This document shows, piece by piece, positions 56,781-64,000 of a DNA stretch of 64,000 bases. Position 1 is the stretch's first letter. Each line of letters opens with the position of its first letter. This stretch comes from Paragordius varius (lineage: Eukaryota; Animalia; Nematomorpha). Below the pieces are notes generated by a model that was not told where the DNA came from, searched no databases, and saw only the letters and a program-made list of their open reading frames with translations. The stretch is from the NCBI GenBank assembly GCA_964247055.1, contig OZ176060.1, forward strand, positions 1,116,001 to 1,180,000, in the 5' to 3' direction. The position numbers and the translations under genes were made by a program.

Positions 56781-57573
56781 TAAATTATTTTAAAATATTT
56801 TATTTAAATATTCTTATTTACAAATGAATATCTTATTATATTGAAGATAAATATATTAAAGTTAAATTTATAATATTTATGATATATTTTTATTAAAAAA
56901 TTTGGACTTAAAAATTTATTTATAATAATTTTTTAAAAATGTTTTTACAAAAAAAAATATATTTTAAATTACCATATTTTTAAATAAAATTAATTGAAAA
57001 TTAAAAAAAAAATTTTAAAAAATTAAAAAATAATTATTTTTATATATTAACAGGTGTTCCAGGATTCCCTGGACCCGTGGGCGCACCTGGGGCAAAAGGC
57101 GCCCTTGGGCTCCCAGGACCTCAGGGGGAACGCGGGGAGCCGGTAATTTTTTATTTTTTATTTTTTTTTAAATTTAAAATAATTTAAAAAAATATTTAAT
57201 TTTAATTTTAAATATATTTTTAATTATTTAAAACGAATATTATATTTTGGAAGATGTAACTTTTTGGTTTTTATTTTATTAAATTTTTTTAAAAATATAA
57301 TTAAAAAATATTTTTTTAATTGAGTATTTTAATATATATTTATATTATTTGAATTTTATTAGGAGAAATATTTTATAAATTTTTTTTATAAATAAAAAAT
57401 ATATTTTTTTTTATTATATTTATTAAATCTTACAAATTTTATAATTGTAATATATTTTATAATAAAAATGATTTTGAAATTTAAATTTCTTTCAATTAAA
57501 TTTATAATTGTAATTATATTTTATAAAATAAATATAAATATAATATTGAATATATTTATATATTTATTTTATT

Positions 57574-57616
<43 letters not shown>

Positions 57617-60018
57617 TAATTTAATATTTTCTATTTGATAATTTTATAAATAAGTATCTTAATTAATTTTAATTTTATTTAAATATCATTTTTTATTTAA
57701 AAATAAATAAATATCTTAATTTATTTATTTAATTTTATTTTATTAAAATTTTTATTTAATTATTTTTTAAAAAACATATGATTTTAGGGAAACCCCGGGA
57801 AAAACGGGCCAGCTGGCCCGCAAGGTCCCATTGGCCTTCAAGGCAATCAGGGTGAAACTGGACCCCCAGGAGAGATGGGCTCACCCGGGTTACAGGTAAT
57901 TTTTTATTTTATTTTTTTTTAAATAAATAAAATTAATTAATTTTAAAAAATAAAAAAAAATAAAAAATTGTATATAGTATAAAAAAATAAATATAAAAAA
58001 AATAAAAAAATATAAAAAATAAATTTTTGTGGATTTTAGGTATATTTTTGTCTTTTTATTTTTTTATTAAAATTCTTCTTAAATAATTTTTCCATGTTTT
58101 TTTTATTAAAATTCAATCAAATAAAAAATATAAATATAAGAAAAAATAGAAAAATAAAAAATTATATCTTTCGGAGAGATGGGCTCACCTGGGTTACAGG
58201 TATTTTTTTTTTTTTTAAAAATAAAAATTTTTATATATAAAAATTAAAAAAATTTGAATAAAAAATAAAGGAAAATTAAAAATTTTTTTTATATAAATAT
58301 TTATAAAATTTTTAAATATTATACTAAATATTCTTTTTAATATCTAAAATAAAAAATAAAAAGATAAAAAACTTTAACAATAAAAAAATGATACATATTA
58401 ACCCTCTGGAGAAATGGGCTTACCCGGGTTCCATATAACTTTTTATTTTTCATTATAAAAAATGAAATTAAATAATTTATAAATTTTAAATATGAAAATC
58501 TAAAATATCATTAAATAAATCAAAAAAATAAAAAAATTAATAAAAAAAATTAAAAAAAATTTTTCTGGATTTTTGATAATTTTTAAAAACTATGCTTATT
58601 ATTGTTTTGATAATATTAAAAATTGAAAAAAATAAAAATATAAAAAAAATATTTATTTCCTGGAGAGATGGGCTCACCCGGGTTACAGGTAAATTTTCAT
58701 TTTTTTTATTTTTAAAAAATTAAAAATTTAAAAAATAAAAAAATTAAAAAAATTAAAATAAATATAAAATTATTTTTTAATATTATATTATTTTTTATTT
58801 TTTAATTTTAAATAAAATTTAAAAAAGTAATATATATTTAAATATTGAAAAATCTGAAATTAATATAAATTAAATAACAAAAAAAATCATTATAAAAAAA
58901 TGTAATTATAAATTTATTTTTATCTTTTTTGAATATTTTTTAATTTTAAATAAGCTTTTTTAGATAATATAAAAAAATTAAATTAATCAGAAAAATAAAA
59001 TAAAAATATAAAATAAAATTTTAAAATAAAATTTAATAATAAAAAAAGAAAAAAATGAAAAAATATATCAATCTCACAGTATTTATTATCTTTATTTTTA
59101 TTAACAATTTTTTTAAATTTTATTTTTTTTTAAATTTTATATTATAGACGTTACTTAATATATATAAATTTATATAAAAAAATATTTATATATATATAAA
59201 AATTATTAAATTTTTAATTAATTTTCAGTTATTAAGGTCAAAAAAATTAATTTTATTAAAAAAATATTTATTTTAACATTTTTAAAATATTTAATTTTTA
59301 ATATTTTCTTAGAATTTAGAAAAAAATTTTACAAAATAATTTTTTTTAATCTTTGTATATATATATATATATATATATATATTTAGGGTCTTCACGGCGA
59401 GATTGGGGCCGTAGAGGCCCTTATAATATATTTTTTAATTTTTTTATTTTTTTATTTTTCCGAAAAAATAAAATTAATTTTTTTAAAATATATTAAAAAA
59501 TTTTTTCTAAAAAATTATTTTTTCCAAGCATATAATATTTTTTATTAAAATTTATTTTTTTCTACTAAAAGAAACAGCTTTATTTCAAAATAATATTTTT
59601 CTGAAATTATTCATTTATATATATAAATTTGTATAAAAATTCTTAAAAAAAAATTAATTTTCTTAAAAAAATAAATCCAACTTTTTAATAATTTATTAAT
59701 AATTTTTACTTTTTTTAAAATTTAAAAAAATTATTTTTAAAAAATAAATTTTAATTTTTAAAAATTTATTTTTTTAGGGTCACCGGCGAGATTGGGGGCC
59801 GTAAAGGCCCTTAAAATATTTTTTTTAATTTTTTTTTATTTTTCCGAAAAAATAAAATTAATTTTTTTAAAATATATTAAAAATTATATTAATTATTTAT
59901 CTTAAAAATTATTTTTTCCAAGTCCATATTTTTTTATTAATTTTTTTTTCTACTAAAAGAAAACAGCTTTATTTCAAAATAAAATAATTTTTTCTGAAAT
60001 TATTCAATTTTCTTCATT

Positions 60019-60075
<57 letters not shown>

Positions 60076-60912
60076 CAATAAAAAAATTAATTTTCTCAAA
60101 AATAAATTTTTTTTTAATAAAAAAATAAAAAAAATATTTTTTATAAATTTTTTTTTCTCAAAAATAAATTTTTATTATATATTTTTCCAGGGTCTTCACG
60201 GCGAGATTGGGGCCGTAGAGGCCCTTAAATATTTTTTTTAATTTTTTTATGTTTTTATTTTTCCGAAAAAATATTAAATATAGAAAAATAAAATAATATA
60301 TTAAAAATTATTTTAATTATTTTTCTTAAAAATTATTTTTTAGGGTTTTCCAAGCCCATATTTTTTTATTAATTTTTTTCTACTAAAAGAAAACAGCTTT
60401 ATTTTAAAATAAAATAATTTTTCTGAAATTATTCATTTTTCTTTTATATAAATATTAATTTGTATAAAACAAAAAAAAATATTTTTTTACAAAAAAAAAT
60501 ATTTTTTTACAAAAAAAATATAAATTTTAATTTTTATAAAAAATAAATTTTTTTAGAAATCTATTAAAAATAATTTTATTAAAAAAATAAAAATAAATAA
60601 ATTTATTTTTATATAAATAATTTTCTTAGATTGAAAAAATTTTTAACAAATTTAATTTTCTTAAAATATATATTTTAAAAATATAATTATTAAATAAATT
60701 TTTTTTTTCTAAAATCTATAATTTTTTCTCAAAATTAATTTTTATTTTTTTTATTTTTTTATTTTTTAGGGTCTTCACGGCGAGATTGGGGCCGTAGGGC
60801 CCGTCGGGCCCGAAGGCCCAAAAGGGGACCGCGGGTACCCCGGTCCGGGCGGTCCGCCCGGAGAAACCGGTCTACCCGGTTTTCCTGGCGAACGCGGAGT
60901 TATTGGAGTTTC

Positions 60913-60946
<34 letters not shown>

Positions 60947-63054
60947 ATGATAATTTTTAAATATTTAAATTTTTTGTGAATTATAATTTAAATATGAATT
61001 AAATTTTTTTTGAAAATTATATAATTTTTTTTATAACATATTAATATAATTTTTATATATTTTTTTAATATTTTATATTTTTTTATTTTATAATTTAATA
61101 TTTAAAATATAATTTTAATACTTTATTTTTATAATTATAATTTAAATTTTTTTTTTAAATATTTAAAAAAATTTTTTGAATAAATTAAAATAAAAAATAT
61201 TTTTAAATTATATTTTGTCTTAATTTAGTATGAACTTATATTTAGAACTTTTAAAAATTATTAATAGTATTTATAATTTATTTTTTAAAAAAATAATATT
61301 TTTTTTATAATATATAAAAATTTAATTTATAATTTTTAACAATTTGGGGTTAAAAATTTATATAATATTTTATCAAAAAAATGATTTTTTATTTATATTC
61401 ATTAATTTTTATGTTTCATATTTTTTTTTATATTTTAATATTTTAATTTTTTGATAATTTTAATTTATTGAAAATATTATTTAAAATTATTTTTTTTAAA
61501 ATTAGTTTATACAGTAGCATATGGTATATAAAATATTTTGTCCATTACTAAAATGAATGTTAATTGGATAGGATAGTGATTTTTTAATTTCAATCGCTTG
61601 TTGTTAATTTGGAGACGCTAAATAAAAATTTTTTTTATAAAAATATCAATAATTTAATAATTATTTTTTTAAATTCATATAATAAATATATAAAAAAACT
61701 GATTATATGAAAATATTCAATATATATAAAAATTAATCATTTAAATGATTTTTTTTTCTTTTATTTTTATATTTTTATTATTTTTTGTTATTTATAATTA
61801 ATTAATATATTAATCTTTTTAAAAATTATATAATTTTTTATTTTTATTATTTAATATTTATATTTTTTTTTATTAAATGAATTTTTAAATATTTTTAAAT
61901 TAAATAAAATTAAATTTATATTTATAGGGCTTACCTGGCCCCAAAGGCGAGAGAGGTTCTAAAGGGGAAAACGGGCTTCGGGTATTTTTTTTCTTTTTTA
62001 TTTATTATTTATTTTATTATGTTTTTATTCAATTATTATTTTATTTTTTTATTAATTATTTTTATTCTATTTTTTATTTTTATATTTTTTATATATATTT
62101 CTAATTTTGTTTTTAAATTTTTTATTTTTTAATTTATTAATATCATTATTTTTATTTTTTTAATTTTTTTATTAAAATTTTTAATTTTATTATTTTTTTT
62201 TTAATATTTTCTTTAAATTTTTTTTTGATATTTAATATTTTTTATTTATTTATTTTTAATTTTAATAAAATTATAAATTAATATTTTTTTGATTTTTTAA
62301 TTTTTTTATATTTTTATTTTATTTCTATAATTAAATTTTTATTTTTATTTTAATATTTTTCAAAAAGTTGAATTATATTATTTTCTATTTTTTTAATTAA
62401 TATTTATTATTTCTTAATTTTTTTATTTTTTTTTAATATTTTATTTTTTTTTTATTTTATTTTTTATTTTTTTAATATTTATAATTTAATTTTTATTTTA
62501 TTTTATTTATTTTTATTTTTAGGGCGATAAAGGTCAAATTGGAATTACAGGAGAGCCAGGACCCCAAGGATCAGCTGTTTAATAATTATTTTTAATTTTC
62601 AATATTTTTTTTAAATTTAAATATATTAAAAATTATATTTTTTTTATATTATATTAATATTTTTTTTAATATATATCAAATTAATTATATAAAAAAATTA
62701 AAATTTCATTTATAAAATAATTTGATCAAAAGCGATTAAATATATATTTTTATATTAAATATTAAAGATAAAAATAATATTAATTAAAAAAATTAATTTT
62801 ATAAATAATTTAAATATTTTTTATAATCAATATAAATAATATAAAATTAATTAATTTTTTTAAATTGATCAATTCTGAAATAAACTTAATTTTTTTTATA
62901 TAAATAAAATATTTTTAAATTTTAATGAATTATCAATAAAAAATCATCATTAAAAATAATAAAAAATTAAAAAATTATATATATATATTTTTAAATTAAA
63001 ATAAATTAAGTTATATCTAAAAACATATATTTTTTTATTAAAATAAAATCTATT

Positions 63055-63097
<43 letters not shown>

Positions 63098-63342
63098 TTT
63101 ATTTTAAGTTTAATTATTTAATTTAAGAAATTTATTTTTTAAATATTAAAATAAATTAAATTATATTTTAAAAATAAATTCAAATTAAAAATAAATTAAT
63201 TATTATTTTAAAAATAATTTTTTAATTTTTCCAGGGACCCCCAGGACCCCAAGGTCAACTGGGCACTAAGGGTGAAAAGGGCAAACATGGTGCCACAGGT
63301 GAAACTGGAACAGCTGGTCAATCAGGTGTTCCCGGTCCCAAA
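32467..63342 (+). CDS. col11a1-like: Clade-B fibrillar collagen alpha chain (type V/XI-like); 38 exons in the window, 3'-incomplete
   Basis: All 37 internal introns are GT-AG, and the phases join into one 1152-aa open frame. It encodes a signal peptide, a TSPN domain with four conserved Cys (GFC, FDC, DFC, ISC) and a DxKWH motif, a minor helix, the linker GHVFMIP..KGP..QMLQQHMQAMRG (cf. GTMLMLP..KGP..AILQQARIALRG of COL11A1, from memory), and 194 uninterrupted Gly-X-Y triplets, mostly in 45/54/99/108-nt exons. Confidence 0.95.
33332..33442 (+). CDS. Collagen exon 2: [37 protein letters not shown] (start of TSPN)
   Basis: AG/GT flanks, phase 1-1. Confidence 0.88.
34104..34240 (+). CDS. Collagen exon 3: [12 protein letters not shown]...LADAIKK
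   Basis: AG/GT flanks, phase 1-0, conserved GFC. Confidence 0.88.
34615..34690 (+). CDS. Collagen exon 4: [25 protein letters not shown]
   Basis: AG/GT flanks, phase 0-1; resembles the TSPN segment QLSAPTKQLFP. Confidence 0.9.
35554..35626 (+). CDS. Collagen exon 5: [24 protein letters not shown]
   Basis: AG/GT flanks, phase 1-2; FPxDF TSPN motif. Confidence 0.9.
35936..36199 (+). CDS. Collagen exon 6: [19 protein letters not shown]...GLPVFNDK
   Basis: Lies within ORF 35916-36272; AG/GT flanks, phase 2-2. Confidence 0.9.
36529..36700 (+). CDS. Collagen exon 7: [25 protein letters not shown]...[13 protein letters not shown]
   Basis: Lies within ORF 36506-36760; KWH and DC motifs of LamG/TSPN; phase 2-0. 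Confidence 0.9.
37143..37265 (+). CDS. Collagen exon 8: [41 protein letters not shown] (end of TSPN)
   Basis: AG/GT flanks, phase 0-0; resembles GDIQQ..AAYDYC..SPDC. Confidence 0.92.
37979..38196 (+). CDS. Collagen exon 9 (variable region) [13 protein letters not shown]...MYNMEN
   Basis: AG/GT flanks, phase 0-2, open frame. Confidence 0.85.
38765..38823 (+). CDS. Collagen exon 10 (variable region) [20 protein letters not shown]
   Basis: AG/GT flanks, phase 2-1. Confidence 0.8.
39549..39635 (+). CDS. Collagen exon 11 [29 protein letters not shown]
   Basis: AG/GT flanks, phase 1-1. Confidence 0.8.
40240..40271 (+). CDS. Collagen exon 12 (32 nt) [11 protein letters not shown]
   Basis: AG/GT flanks, phase 1-0; needed to join exon 11 to exon 13. 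Confidence 0.78.
40625..40687 (+). CDS. Collagen exon 13 [21 protein letters not shown] (minor helix)
   Basis: AG/GT flanks, 63 nt, Gly-X-Y. Confidence 0.95.
41201..41275 (+). CDS. Collagen exon 14 [25 protein letters not shown]
   Basis: AG/GT flanks, 75 nt. Confidence 0.95.
41807..41881 (+). CDS. Collagen exon 15 [25 protein letters not shown] (linker)
   Basis: AG/GT flanks, 75 nt; clade-B linker motif. Confidence 0.92.
42504..42560 (+). CDS. Collagen exon 16 [19 protein letters not shown] (start of major helix)
   Basis: AG/GT flanks, 57 nt. Confidence 0.95.
43114..43167 (+). CDS. Collagen exon 17 [18 protein letters not shown]
   Basis: 54 nt, Gly-X-Y, AG/GT. Confidence 0.96.
43627..43680 (+). 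CDS. Collagen exon 18 [18 protein letters not shown]
   Basis: 54 nt, Gly-X-Y, AG/GT. Confidence 0.96.
44134..44187 (+). CDS. Collagen exon 19 [18 protein letters not shown]
   Basis: 54 nt, Gly-X-Y, AG/GT. Confidence 0.96.
44757..44864 (+). CDS. Collagen exon 20 [36 protein letters not shown]
   Basis: 108 nt, Gly-X-Y, AG/GT. Confidence 0.96.
45381..45425 (+). CDS. Collagen exon 21 [15 protein letters not shown]
   Basis: 45 nt, Gly-X-Y, AG/GT. Confidence 0.96.
45909..45962 (+). CDS. Collagen exon 22 [18 protein letters not shown]
   Basis: 54 nt, Gly-X-Y, AG/GT. Confidence 0.96.
46491..46589 (+). CDS. Collagen exon 23 [33 protein letters not shown]
   Basis: 99 nt, Gly-X-Y, AG/GT. Confidence 0.96.
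47293..47391 (+). CDS. Collagen exon 24 [33 protein letters not shown]
   Basis: 99 nt, Gly-X-Y, AG/GT. Confidence 0.96.
48056..48100 (+). CDS. Collagen exon 25 [15 protein letters not shown]
   Basis: 45 nt, Gly-X-Y, AG/GT. Confidence 0.96.
48514..48555 (+). pseudogene. Truncated duplicate of the acceptor and first 36 nt of exon 26, ending in TAA
   Basis: tttag|ggtccgttaggaccccaaggcgtcattggctttagc tct taa, compared with the start of exon 26; no donor. Confidence 0.9.
48906..49004 (+). CDS. Collagen exon 26 [33 protein letters not shown]
   Basis: 99 nt, Gly-X-Y, AG/GT. Confidence 0.96.
49704..49758 (+). CDS. Collagen exon 27 (55 nt) [18 protein letters not shown] + first G of the next Gly codon
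   Basis: The only GT is one base past the triplet boundary; this is complemented by exon 28. Confidence 0.9.
50513..50619 (+). CDS. Collagen exon 28 (107 nt) (G)[35 protein letters not shown]
   Basis: ttag|ga acc aaa; phase 1-0. Confidence 0.92.
50819..51372 (+). repeat. Four decayed copies of the exon 28 3' end, its donor and the start of intron 28
   Basis: 'ggaatacaaggaccacgaggaataaagg ttt...aaaaacagctg' variants at ~50819, ~50977, ~51166 and ~51320. Confidence 0.85.
51373..54205. repeat. ACCGGT-palindrome-rich degenerate minisatellite or possible transposon relic in intron 28
   Basis: About 20 ACCGGT sites, mostly as (a)aaccggtt(t). About 12 copies of 'ttagcgggaaagattgatacccgg' at ~90-190-bp spacing between ~51830 and ~53250. 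GC and CpG are much higher than in the flanking introns. Confidence 0.8.
54220..54327 (+). CDS. Collagen exon 29 [36 protein letters not shown]
   Basis: 108 nt, Gly-X-Y, AG/GT. Confidence 0.96.
54953..54997 (+). CDS. Collagen exon 30 [15 protein letters not shown]
   Basis: 45 nt, Gly-X-Y, AG/GT. Confidence 0.96.
55419..55472 (+). CDS. Collagen exon 31 [18 protein letters not shown]
   Basis: 54 nt, Gly-X-Y, AG/GT. Confidence 0.96.
56495..56558 (+). CDS. Collagen exon 32 (64 nt) [21 protein letters not shown] + first G of the next Gly codon
   Basis: cct g|gtgaat; phase 0-1, complemented by exon 33. Confidence 0.9.
57054..57142 (+). CDS. Collagen exon 33 (89 nt) (G)[29 protein letters not shown]
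   Basis: aacag|gt gtt cca; phase 1-0. Confidence 0.92.
57788..57895 (+). CDS. Collagen exon 34 [36 protein letters not shown]
   Basis: 108 nt, Gly-X-Y, AG/GT. Confidence 0.96.
58173..58694 (+). repeat. Three copies of the last ~27-30 nt of exon 34, two with an intact GT donor
   Basis: 58173 ggagagatgggctcacctgggttacag|gtattt; 58408 ggagaaatgggcttacccgggttcca; 58659 cctggagagatgggctcacccgggttacag|gtaaat. Confidence 0.93.
59380..60600 (+). repeat. Three ~400-bp tandem units, each with an AG acceptor plus the first ~30 nt of exon 35
   Basis: ag|ggtcttcacggcgagattggggccgtagaggccctta at 59387 and 60191, with a decayed copy at 59778. The copies share downstream sequence (ttccgaaaaaa...ctactaaaagaaa(a)cagcttt...ttctgaaattattca). 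Confidence 0.93.
60770..60913 (+). CDS. Collagen exon 35 (144 nt) [48 protein letters not shown]
   Basis: 16 triplets, AG/GT. Confidence 0.95.
61928..61981 (+). CDS. Collagen exon 36 [18 protein letters not shown]
   Basis: 54 nt, Gly-X-Y, AG/GT. Confidence 0.96.
62523..62576 (+). CDS. Collagen exon 37 [18 protein letters not shown]
   Basis: 54 nt, Gly-X-Y, AG/GT. Confidence 0.96.
63235..63342 (+). CDS. Collagen exon 38 [36 protein letters not shown]
   Basis: 108 nt, Gly-X-Y, AG/GT; the gene continues past the window. Confidence 0.96.
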
Positions 63343-64000
63343 GTAAACCTCGTTTCATATTAATTTGAGAAAATGAGTTAAAAATATTATTTTGTAATAA
63401 TTATTTTATTTTTTTCAATTATGTAATTATTTATAAATTAATTTTTATAAAAAAATAAATATTAATTATTAATAATTATTTAATATTTATGTATAAATTT
63501 TATTTTTATTTATTTTTTATGTTATATTTTTATAATAATATTTACTTAAAATCAGAAAATATATTACAATATTTATATTTATAGATGAAGTATTTATTTT
63601 TTATATATAAAAAAAAATAAAATAATGTTAAACAAAACTTATTATATTTTTTAATTTCAATTTAATTTTTATAAAAAATAAAAAAATTATATATATTAAT
63701 ATTTAAAATAATTTGGTAATAATATAATTTATTAAAAATAAATTTTATAAAAATTAATTATTAATAATTATTTAATATTTTATATATATATATTTAAATA
63801 TATTAATTTTTTTTATTTATTTATTTTTATAACAAATAAAATAAAAATATAAGATTAAAAATATTTTAAAATTATTATATTTTATTTTAATATTTAATAG
63901 TCAAAAATTTATTTTAAATATTTAATTTTATAAATAAACAATTAAATTTTATCAAAAAAATTATTTAATTTTTACATTAAAAAAAATTGTTTAAATAAAA

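Larger units (their letters stand above)
37088..63091. repeat. Scattered intronic (TA)n microsatellites
   Basis: Tracts near 37088, 40553, 42243, 43814, 44329, 48446, 48829, 50718, 56735, 57577, 59357, 60024, 60915 and 63057. Confidence 0.9.

Noticed and set aside
40625-63342. Bacterial or phage collagen-like protein, or nematode cuticle collagen
   Set aside because: Spliceosomal introns, the TSPN domain, the minor helix and the long uninterrupted helix match clade-B fibrillar collagen.

Overview
Extremely AT-rich animal (metazoan) genomic DNA. No prokaryotic features and no recognisable rRNA, tRNA or CRISPR. (1) 1-~26,000 is a tandem array of ~1.2-kb units: twelve near-identical 1199/1203-bp units, about eight 1177-bp units of a diverged subfamily, and two divergent edge units. 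Each unit is centred on a 54-60-bp palindrome whose arms co-vary between subfamilies. (2) ~26,000-32,300 is degenerate AT-rich repeat and intergenic DNA. (3) 32,467 to beyond 64,000 is a + strand, intron-rich clade-B fibrillar collagen gene (COL5A1/COL11A1-like). I traced 38 GT-AG exons by hand (3456 nt, 1152 aa in this window): signal peptide, TSPN domain, variable region, minor helix, linker and 194 uninterrupted Gly-X-Y triplets. The most unusual signals are: CAGCTG saturating the N-terminal exons in all three reading frames; repeated tandem duplication of exon ends together with their splice sites; near-total loss of the +5 G in 5' splice sites; a 1-nt intron slide; and an ACCGGT-palindrome-rich insertion in intron 28. 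All coordinates and counts were done by eye, no database search was run, and comparisons to human collagens are from memory.
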